DNA of 34,711 bases, taken from NCBI GenBank assembly GCA_037142915.1, contig JBAWZR010000003.1, positions 1 to 34,711 of the forward strand. The letters are read 5' to 3'. The stretch's first letter is position 1. Every line of letters starts with the position of its first letter. The notes beneath the pieces were generated by a model that was not told the origin of the DNA, made no database searches, and saw only the letters and a list, made by a program, of their open reading frames with translations. Position numbers and translations under genes: made by a program. This document shows positions 9,957-17,429 of the stretch, piece after piece. Source of the stretch: Candidatus Moraniibacteriota bacterium. Its GTDB lineage: Bacteria > Patescibacteriota > Minisyncoccia > Moranbacterales > UBA1568.

Positions 9957-9967
9957 CACATACCATT

Positions 9968-11800
9968 ATGTGTGGAATAGTTGGCTATATTGGAAAAAAG
10001 AATGCGACCGAGTTTTTGATTAGCGGTTTGCGGCGGTTGGAGTACCGCGGGTATGATAGTGCTGGCATCGCTCTTCAAGAAAAAGGAAAACTAAAAATCG
10101 TCAAAGCGGCTGGCAAGGTGGCGGAATTGGAAGTGAAAATTGTCGGGAATGATTTTATAGCAACGGTCGGGATCGCACATACACGGTGGGCGACACATGG
10201 CCAACCAACAGAGAAAAACGCGCATCCGCACAGTGATTGCAAAGGTATGATCAGCCTTGTGCACAATGGTATCGTGGAAAATTACCAGGATTTAAAAACG
10301 AAGCTACTTGAGAAAGGACACAAGTTTCGTTCGGAGACTGATAGCGAAGTGATCACGCACTTGATCGAAGAAGCAATGAAGGTTAGTGTGGATTTCGAGA
10401 CTGCGTTCCTTGTCGCACTCAAACAAATTAAGGGTACGTATGGCTTGGCGGTACTCTATGCTGGTGAACCGGAGAAATTGTTCGCGGCACGGATGGGCAG
10501 TCCGTTGGTCGTTGGTGTCGGGAAGGATGAATATATGATCGCGTCGGATGTGTCGGCGATGGTTGGACATATTGATCGTGTCGTGTATCTTGAGGACGGA
10601 GAGAACGTTGTGATTGATGGGTTGGGGTATCAAGTGAAGACACTTAGCAAACATCTCCTGAAAAAAGAAGAGATGAAGCTTGAATGGTCAGAAGATCAGG
10701 CGCGTAAGGATGGTTATGCGCATTTTATGCTGAAGGAGATTTTTGAACAACCGAAAAGTTTTGAAGATGCCTTGCGCGGACGATTGCTCGTGAAGGATGG
10801 TATGGCGAAGTTGGGCGGCTTGCAATCTGTTGAACAACGATTGCGTATGATAAATCGAATTATCATCATCGCGTGCGGGACATCATATCACGCTGGGTTA
10901 GTGGGGGAGTATATGCTGGAGGAATATGCTGGTATTCCGGTTGAGGTAGAGTTCGCTTCGGAGTTTCGGTATCGTAAATTGTTGTTGGATGAAAAGACCG
11001 CAGTGCTCGCACTTTCGCAATCGGGTGAGACAGCTGACACACTGGCGGCAATTCGTGAGGCGAAGCATAAAGGCGCTTTGACATTGGGAATCGTAAATGT
11101 GGTGGGTTCGAGTATCGCGCGCGAGACGGATGCGGGGATTTACAATCATGCCGGACCGGAAGTGAGCGTTGCTTCGACCAAGGCTTTCACTTCGCAGTTG
11201 GCGATACTTGTTTTGCTGACGATGTATCTCGGTAGACAACGAGGTATGTCGCTCGTGATGGGTCAGTGCATCGCCCGAGAGGCACAGCGCATTCCCGCTC
11301 TTATGACCGAGGTATTGAAGCAGGCTGCCACTATCAAAAAAATCGCCAAGAAATATCAGCATGCGCAGAATTTCCTCTATCTGGGGCGAAAATATAATTT
11401 TCCGATTGCGTATGAGGGCGCTCTTAAGATTAAAGAGATTGCGTATGTCGGAGCGCAGGGGTATCCGACCGGTGAGATGAAACACGGGCCGATTGCTCTC
11501 ATTGATTCGGAAGCGGTCTGTGTTTTTGTCGCTCCCAAGGATAGCGTGTATGAGAAGAGCGAGAGCGGTCTCGAGGAGATCAAGGCACGCGGTGGCAAGG
11601 TGATTGCTATCACCACCAAGGGGAATACGGTGCTCGACAAGAAGGCGAACGAAGTACTCTTTATCCCGAAGACATTGGAATTGCTCACGCCATTGCTCAC
11701 TATTATTCCGCTGCAATTGTTGGCGTATCATATGAGTGTGGCGAAGGGGTATGATGTCGATAAACCGCGCAACCTCGCCAAGAGTGTCACGGTGGAATAG
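9968..11800 (+). CDS. glmS: Glutamine--fructose-6-phosphate transaminase
   Basis: MCGIVG, LEYRGYDSAG, HTRWATHG, SQSGETADT and PRNLAKSVTVE motifs. Confidence 0.99.
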   Translation: MCGIVGYIGKKNATEFLISGLRRLEYRGYDSAGIALQEKGKLKIVKAAGKVAELEVKIVGNDFIATVGIAHTRWATHGQPTEKNAHPHSDCKGMISLVHNGIVENYQDLKTKLLEKGHKFRSETDSEVITHLIEEAMKVSVDFETAFLVALKQIKGTYGLAVLYAGEPEKLFAARMGSPLVVGVGKDEYMIASDVSAMVGHIDRVVYLEDGENVVIDGLGYQVKTLSKHLLKKEEMKLEWSEDQARKDGYAHFMLKEIFEQPKSFEDALRGRLLVKDGMAKLGGLQSVEQRLRMINRIIIIACGTSYHAGLVGEYMLEEYAGIPVEVEFASEFRYRKLLLDEKTAVLALSQSGETADTLAAIREAKHKGALTLGIVNVVGSSIARETDAGIYNHAGPEVSVASTKAFTSQLAILVLLTMYLGRQRGMSLVMGQCIAREAQRIPALMTEVLKQAATIKKIAKKYQHAQNFLYLGRKYNFPIAYEGALKIKEIAYVGAQGYPTGEMKHGPIALIDSEAVCVFVAPKDSVYEKSESGLEEIKARGGKVIAITTKGNTVLDKKANEVLFIPKTLELLTPLLTIIPLQLLAYHMSVAKGYDVDKPRNLAKSVTVE

Positions 11801-11894
11801 CTTGACAAGAAATTATAGATGTGCTTTTATGGATTTACTAGGTAAGCAGTTGTTATCCTAGTTTTTAGTAACTTTTCAATTGAAGGGGGCTACC

Positions 11895-12593
11895 ATGCCA
11901 CATAATAACAAAGAAATAGCAGTTCAGTACCAGTACCCGCAGTTGTGTAAAATAGTCAATCAAATAAAAAATGATTTAAATGTTTTACCTATAGCGTTCA
12001 ACGCTTTTGGAATTTCCAGGATAGCAGGTCAAGACGAGTACGCCTTGGTCATTCTGAAGTACGCCGTACAGGAAGCATTGACTATCGGCGAAACATTAGC
12101 ATTGTTTGCTGAAGCCTATGAAGAAGTTCAGGAAAATCCAGAAGGCGACGACCACGAGATTATCAGAACGCTTTGTAAGGGGCGACCTGATTATCTCATA
12201 TCTAAGGGAATATTCTTCGGCGAGATGAAAGAAAAGCAATTTATTGCAGTCACCCTCGAAGAATATGACCAATCACCTTTTAATTTTTTCCAGGAAGAAT
12301 ATCAACCTGGAAACAGGCATATATATTTTGTCGATAAAACAGATCTGGGCACAATAACGCAAAACGTCATGTTATTGGGGCAATCTCTTTTTGAGTTTGA
12401 AGCGTGTCCGCGAGACGCTCTGCCTCTGACTCCTGGCTTAACTCATCGACTTTATTTCCCGGATAAAAAAGTTCTTTCCTACAGTCTTTTGAGTAATGAA
12501 GAAAAAAAAGAAACAAAAAAAAGATTGTATCAATTACTGTTGAGATGTTCTGATTATGTTGCGCAAATTAACGCGTTGATCAATTTGGTTTAA
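11895..12593 (+). CDS. AT-rich hypothetical protein
   Basis: Long ORF; GAAGGGGG SD before ATG 11895; TTGACA at 11802; no family recognised. Confidence 0.75.
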   Translation: MPHNNKEIAVQYQYPQLCKIVNQIKNDLNVLPIAFNAFGISRIAGQDEYALVILKYAVQEALTIGETLALFAEAYEEVQENPEGDDHEIIRTLCKGRPDYLISKGIFFGEMKEKQFIAVTLEEYDQSPFNFFQEEYQPGNRHIYFVDKTDLGTITQNVMLLGQSLFEFEACPRDALPLTPGLTHRLYFPDKKVLSYSLLSNEEKKETKKRLYQLLLRCSDYVAQINALINLV

Positions 12594-12610
12594 AAACTCG
12601 ATAAGAGTAT

Positions 12611-12645
12611 AATAGCGCTATCCACCAGGGGATTAGCGCTATTTT
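12611..12645 (+). terminator. Intrinsic terminator
   Basis: aatagcgcta/tagcgctatt stem ending in a short T run. Confidence 0.65.
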
Positions 12646-12714
12646 CAATTTATATTGTAACCGAGATATAACGAGGAGGAAGTTCGGTATTTTGTTGTTT
12701 TTAGACACCGTTTT

Positions 12715-12814
12715 ATTTAATAGAGACGTGAATATTGTGGAACCTAGATTCCCGTCCGCCGCGGCGGACGGGAATGATGAAATTACAAAGACAGGTCTGA
12801 CACAGATGCAGTAA
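12715..12814 (+). repeat. Diverged direct copy of 9181-9272 (GIY-YIG 3' end, right REP end and leader)
   Basis: First 40 nt are 38/40 identical to 9181-9220; loop ccttcg is replaced by tccgccgcggcgga; similarity continues downstream. Confidence 0.85.
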
Positions 12815-12828
12815 CAAATAATAATTCT

Positions 12829-13863
12829 ATGAAACCGAAGAAAATTGTCACGATTGGCGGAGGGACGGGGAGTTTTGTTTTGTTGTCGGGTCTGAAAAAA
12901 TACCCGGTGGATATTTCGGCGATCGTCTCGATGGCGGATGATGGTGGTTCGGCGGGTGTTTTGCGTGATGAGTTGGGCGTATTGCCGCCGGGCGATGTGC
13001 GCCAATGTCTCGTCGCTTTGTCGGAGTCGAGCGAGAAGATGCGCGAACTAATGAACTACCGTTTTGAGGACGGTCGTCTGCAGGGGCAGAGTTTTGGCAA
13101 TATGCTCGTGAGCGCCTTGGAAAAAATTTGTGGTGGGATGGCATCTGGACTCGAAGAGGCGGCGAAGATCTTGAAAGTTTATGGGCGCGTGTTGCCCGTT
13201 ACTGAAGATGATATGCGCCTCGTGATCGAGTTGGAGAATGGCCATGTGCTCTACGGCGAAGATCAATTGGATTCCAACCAGGAACTTCGTCAGCAGGGAA
13301 TTATGCTCAAAAAAATCGCGTTGCAATCGCGGGTTCGAGCCAATTCCCAAGCAATAGACGCGTTGAAAGGTGCCGATGTGATTATTTTGGGACCGGGCGA
13401 TCAGTTCGGCAGTTTGATACCCAACCTCCTCGTCAAGGAAATCGCGCAGACTATCAAAACCGCCAAGGCGCAGGTGGTCTATGTAGCGAATTTGACGAAC
13501 AAGAAGGGTCTTACGACCGGATGGACGGCGTGTGAATATGTCGCCTCTCTGGAAAAATATATCGGCAAGGGCCGAATCGACGTTGTTATCTGGAATACCC
13601 GACGGATTCCCAAAGCACTCATCGAAAAATATGAAGAGCAGGAAGGCGATCATGCTATCGTAGAGGCAGGCGATGAGCAGACGAAAACATATAAGTTGTG
13701 CAAGGCCGATGTGGCCAATGTCCGCGAAGTCATTCGCCGTAAGGGTGATGCGATTGCCTCCACACGTTCTTTCATTCGTCATGACTCGGACAAATTGGCG
13801 CGTGCGATTATGTTCGTACTTGATTTCAATGAGAACCGGAAGATTATCCGGGAGATCGTGTAG
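12829..13863 (+). CDS. yvcK: YvcK/GlmR family (UPF0052) protein
   Basis: VTIGGGTG, MADDGGSAGVLRDELGVLPPGDVRQCL and RHDSDKLA motifs. Confidence 0.93.
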   Translation: MKPKKIVTIGGGTGSFVLLSGLKKYPVDISAIVSMADDGGSAGVLRDELGVLPPGDVRQCLVALSESSEKMRELMNYRFEDGRLQGQSFGNMLVSALEKICGGMASGLEEAAKILKVYGRVLPVTEDDMRLVIELENGHVLYGEDQLDSNQELRQQGIMLKKIALQSRVRANSQAIDALKGADVIILGPGDQFGSLIPNLLVKEIAQTIKTAKAQVVYVANLTNKKGLTTGWTACEYVASLEKYIGKGRIDVVIWNTRRIPKALIEKYEEQEGDHAIVEAGDEQTKTYKLCKADVANVREVIRRKGDAIASTRSFIRHDSDKLARAIMFVLDFNENRKIIREIV

Positions 13864-13872
13864 CTGCAATGA

Positions 13873-13901
13873 TTGACATTTTTTTATTAGCGTGTTACTC
13901 T
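13873..13901 (+). promoter_or_regulatory. Sigma70 promoter TTGACA-N17-TACTCT with TG extension
   Basis: ttgaca, a 17-nt spacer ending in tgt, then tactct; upstream of the GGAGG SD and ATG 13972. Confidence 0.65.
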
Positions 13902-13971
13902 TAAAGCAGAATCGATTGGGGTTCTGTTTTTTTAACAATATAAACTTAATATAAAATTTTGGAGGTACCAA

Positions 13972-15864
13972 ATGAAAACGCTAGCATTCGTAAAAATGGC
14001 GATATTTCTTATATTTCTTAGCGCTTTAACCTTACCAATCAGTAATGTGAATGCCACAATTTGCCGACAGCCGCATCAACTGCCACTACTGACGGGCTGG
14101 ACGAAAAGTTTTGGCCCAAACCTAAAAGGTGTAGATGTGAGGGATGATGTTTACAATGATTATTTAATTGCCGATCAAGACTATCATAATGGTCTGTCAT
14201 CGGCGTTTTATAACAACTTCACTCCGGCGGTAGATCATTACCCTGGGATGGGTTACGACCTATCCACGATCTCGAACGATCAGGTGATTTCTATTCTCAC
14301 CAAAGAGTGTGAAAAAACAGGCGTTCCTTTTCGTTTGATTCAACCGGGAATAAATCTGGGTTCAAGAGCTGATTTGTTGGATATGTTAGCGAAAAATATT
14401 CAAGAAACTCAAGAAACCGGAATTATTTTTCACGGGCTGCTCGTTATCGGTCAATACCGGATGACATTCATACTGCCTCCGGGGTGGGATCCTCAAAAAT
14501 CATACCCCTTGATGCTTGATAGCTCTTATGGATTAAATGCTGAGATGTTTTGGCAAAGAGGTATGGTAATGCTTGACACGATCTCAAAACTCTCCGCCGA
14601 AAATGGGCGCGGAGCAATCGGGATTGTATTCCAGGAAGGTGTGCTCGCAAGTCGCTCAATGAGCAATAAACTCTACGAAGACTTGAATACTATAATGAGA
14701 GTGGCCATTCCTGCACTTGGAGTGAATCCGGACAGCATAATGGCCTTAGGTGGTTCGCGAGGAGCAATTTTTGCTCTTTATGCAGCAAGCCATCCGGCTA
14801 TTGAGTTTAGGGTGCGGTTTGTTTATGCCCGTAACCCGGCAAATGACATAGAACTTGTGGCGTCGCTTGCGGGTCCGACTTTTCCTTATCTGTGGTACGC
14901 ACAGGTATGGTCTGTCGGGGACTATGCTTCATTGACTAATAACTGGCGGTCTCCGGATGGTTTGACTGGTGAAGAGGCTCATGCCGCGGTACTTACGGGG
15001 ACATCTGACCCTTCGCTATTGTGGAATGAATTCAGTTTGAGTGGGCCTGTCAAAATCAACAATCTGCTTGATAGAGGAACTGAAGTGTTTTTGAATTTTT
15101 CCACGCACGATAGTATCACTCCGGATTACGACAAGTGGCTTTTGTGGAAGGCTTATTCAACATTTGGCATACCGATTGAAACGCGGATAGAGTATTTGAT
15201 TGGACACAACTCAAACGCTCCCAATGAAAGAGATATAATTTTTTTGGTAGCTAAAAAGTTGTCCAATGAAATTGATGGCGCGGTGCGAGTGCCACTCGTC
15301 AATGAAGGTAGAGTAACGCCTTATATTCTCAGTGAAAGTGGATCTGTTGCTGCTCCTTATGTCGCTGCCATAGCCACGAATACACTGCCTCTGGCACTGA
15401 CATTGCCGATAGATACGCTTGGGGATGATACCACATCGTATGTAGTTGGACTTGGAGTGCCAGGAAAGATGTATCGGTTGACATTCTTTCGTGACGATGG
15501 ACATCTTTCAATAGTTGAGTTCCAGCTCGACAAAAACGGAACTTGGTTGTGGAACCCGGGTCCGAATGTTACGGCAGGGCAATATGAGTTGGTAAAGATT
15601 GAGGAGATGAGCGGGTGGGGACAACCGTTCCGCACGATTCAGACATTACGCAGCTCGCTGCCGATGTCGGGAAATGCCGTTGTCAAAATAGTGCATGGTG
15701 TAGGTATTCGACAGTATGGGATAGATGTCACCAGTATGATCATACGTGAGCTGTACGGGGAAGACGATGAATTTCATCTGTACAATGGGAATGTTCCTGT
15801 TATGGGCACTAATGGTGTAGTGGAAATTATACCACTAGCCAATTCCTGCAAGAGCATCTGTTAA
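13972..15864 (+). CDS. Secreted protein with probable alpha/beta-hydrolase domain
   Basis: Signal peptide; LPPGWDPQKSYPL; G-x-S-x-G elbow (ALGGSRGA); candidate Asp (THDSI) and His (IGHN). Confidence 0.7.
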   Translation: MKTLAFVKMAIFLIFLSALTLPISNVNATICRQPHQLPLLTGWTKSFGPNLKGVDVRDDVYNDYLIADQDYHNGLSSAFYNNFTPAVDHYPGMGYDLSTISNDQVISILTKECEKTGVPFRLIQPGINLGSRADLLDMLAKNIQETQETGIIFHGLLVIGQYRMTFILPPGWDPQKSYPLMLDSSYGLNAEMFWQRGMVMLDTISKLSAENGRGAIGIVFQEGVLASRSMSNKLYEDLNTIMRVAIPALGVNPDSIMALGGSRGAIFALYAASHPAIEFRVRFVYARNPANDIELVASLAGPTFPYLWYAQVWSVGDYASLTNNWRSPDGLTGEEAHAAVLTGTSDPSLLWNEFSLSGPVKINNLLDRGTEVFLNFSTHDSITPDYDKWLLWKAYSTFGIPIETRIEYLIGHNSNAPNERDIIFLVAKKLSNEIDGAVRVPLVNEGRVTPYILSESGSVAAPYVAAIATNTLPLALTLPIDTLGDDTTSYVVGLGVPGKMYRLTFFRDDGHLSIVEFQLDKNGTWLWNPGPNVTAGQYELVKIEEMSGWGQPFRTIQTLRSSLPMSGNAVVKIVHGVGIRQYGIDVTSMIIRELYGEDDEFHLYNGNVPVMGTNGVVEIIPLANSCKSIC

Positions 15865-15898
15865 TATAATAGAGAGGTTAGCATGACATTAAAAAAGG

Positions 15899-15943
15899 AA
15901 GCCTGATTAAATTGAACAATATTTCATTTCATCAGGCTTTTTT
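15899..15943 (+). terminator. Intrinsic terminator
   Basis: aagcctgat/atcaggctt stem with T tract. Confidence 0.7.
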
Positions 15944-16103
15944 ATTTCCAAAAACTTCAGATTGAAGGCTACTGAAAAAAGTACCCTATAATAAGGGGTG
16001 GACTATACAGAAGGTTGCCTTTTTGGGGGAAATAGTTTAGAATCCAAGACAGAGGGAAATGGAAGGAAATCTTTCATTTTATTTTTGCAATAAATGTACA
16101 CCT

Positions 16104-16724
16104 ATGACAAAGACACTTGACCCGATCAAGCAGGAGCAGACTTTGGTGATTTTGAAGCCCGATGCTGTGCAACGATCGCTCATTGGAGAGATCGTCAAGC
16201 GGTATGAGCGCTCCGGATTGAAGTTGGTGGCGATGAAAATGGTGATTCCAACAGCCGATATGGCATCCGCTCACTATATGACCGGCGGGGAAGAATGGCT
16301 CGAGAATGTCGGCAAGAAAGCCGCGGCCGCTTATGAACGCAAAGGTCAAAAGTCTCCGTATGCGACATTCCGTGAGAATGGGATGGCGATACTCACGGCG
16401 AATGCCAAATATCTCTCGGCCGGACCAGTGGTCGCGATGGTGCTCGAGGGTCATCAATCGGTGGCGATCGCTCGCAAGATTACCGGTGGTACCGAACCGC
16501 TCGGAAGCGATGTCGGTACGATTCGGGGTGACCTCACTATTGATTCGTATCAATTGGCCGACACTGATGCACGTTCGATTCGCAATTTGATTCACGCATC
16601 CGGTGCGCCGGAGGAGGCTCAGAAGGAAATTCCGATTTGGTTCGCTTCCAATGAACTCCTCTCTTATCGTCATATTCAAGAGGCGATTCTCTATGATGTA
16701 AATCTCGATGGTATCGTGGAATAA
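16104..16724 (+). CDS. ndk: Nucleoside-diphosphate kinase
   Basis: EQTLVILKPDAVQR, GPVVAMVLEG, GTIRGD and RNLIHAS motifs. Confidence 0.96.
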   Translation: MTKTLDPIKQEQTLVILKPDAVQRSLIGEIVKRYERSGLKLVAMKMVIPTADMASAHYMTGGEEWLENVGKKAAAAYERKGQKSPYATFRENGMAILTANAKYLSAGPVVAMVLEGHQSVAIARKITGGTEPLGSDVGTIRGDLTIDSYQLADTDARSIRNLIHASGAPEEAQKEIPIWFASNELLSYRHIQEAILYDVNLDGIVE

Positions 16725-16879
16725 CGAGTTGTCTGAGTTTTTCTTGAAAGTTTTAAAAAACAACTCTTATTGTTTCTATCACATAGTAATAGTGTAGAAG
16801 GGTTGTTTCAAGAGCTTTCAAATAAAAGTGTACAGTTTTTTTGAAAGTGATATTTTTTTCTCAGAAGAGGAATGCAAAA

Positions 16880-17251
16880 ATGTCTAGAAGAACAAAAAAT
16901 GAGGCACTCTGTCGGAATTGCATAGAGGCAAATGTGCTGGAAAAGAAAGAAATAACATGTTCAAACATGGATAGTTTACAAGGAGATAATCCGGTAGCGG
17001 TTTCAATGGTTTTTCAGGAAACACCCTGTGAGAAAAACCAAAAACAGTGCCCATTTAAGTGTAAAAATTCTTTTGCGAGGACGTTTCTCAATAGTCTGCG
17101 CGACAGAATCAATAGCGTGAGGATCGTGCCTTGTAAAACAGAAATCAGAGGCTTTTATCCAAGGAAAAACATAACACCTGGTAGGCCTAAAAAAAGGGTG
17201 GCTGTAGAAAAACAAGGAAGATTCATTGGCCATGTGCCAGTGAGATTCTGA
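16880..17251 (+). CDS. Basic Cys-rich hypothetical protein (123 aa)
   Basis: AGAAGAGG SD before ATG 16880; CRNC...C...C..CPFKC pattern; hairpin downstream. Confidence 0.6.
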   Translation: MSRRTKNEALCRNCIEANVLEKKEITCSNMDSLQGDNPVAVSMVFQETPCEKNQKQCPFKCKNSFARTFLNSLRDRINSVRIVPCKTEIRGFYPRKNITPGRPKKRVAVEKQGRFIGHVPVRF

Positions 17252-17259
17252 TTCCAACG

Positions 17260-17319
17260 GGGAGCGGATGATTGTATTCAAATAAAATGAATAGTAATCT
17301 CCGCTCCCAAAATTTTTTT
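17260..17319 (+). terminator. Long hairpin, probable terminator
   Basis: gggagcgga/tccgctccc stem plus tattca/tgaata inner stem, then a T run. Confidence 0.6.
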
Positions 17320-17341
17320 AAGATTGATAGTGATAGTGTAT

Positions 17342-17412
17342 CGGGCTGTAGTATACCGGTAGTACGCGTCCATGGGGTGGATGTAGACCGGGTTCAATTC
17401 CCGGCAGCCCGA
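17342..17412 (+). tRNA. tRNA-Pro(GGG), CCA not encoded
   Basis: Acceptor cgggctg/cagcccg + A73; anticodon arm cgtcc-atGGGgt-ggatg; T arm ccggg-ttcaatt-cccgg. Confidence 0.93.
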
Positions 17413-17429
17413 CTAGTAAGTGAAGAATA

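Noticed and set aside
9240-9967. glmS ribozyme
   Set aside because: glmS starts 11 nt after the upstream gene, and no ribozyme core was recognised upstream of either gene.
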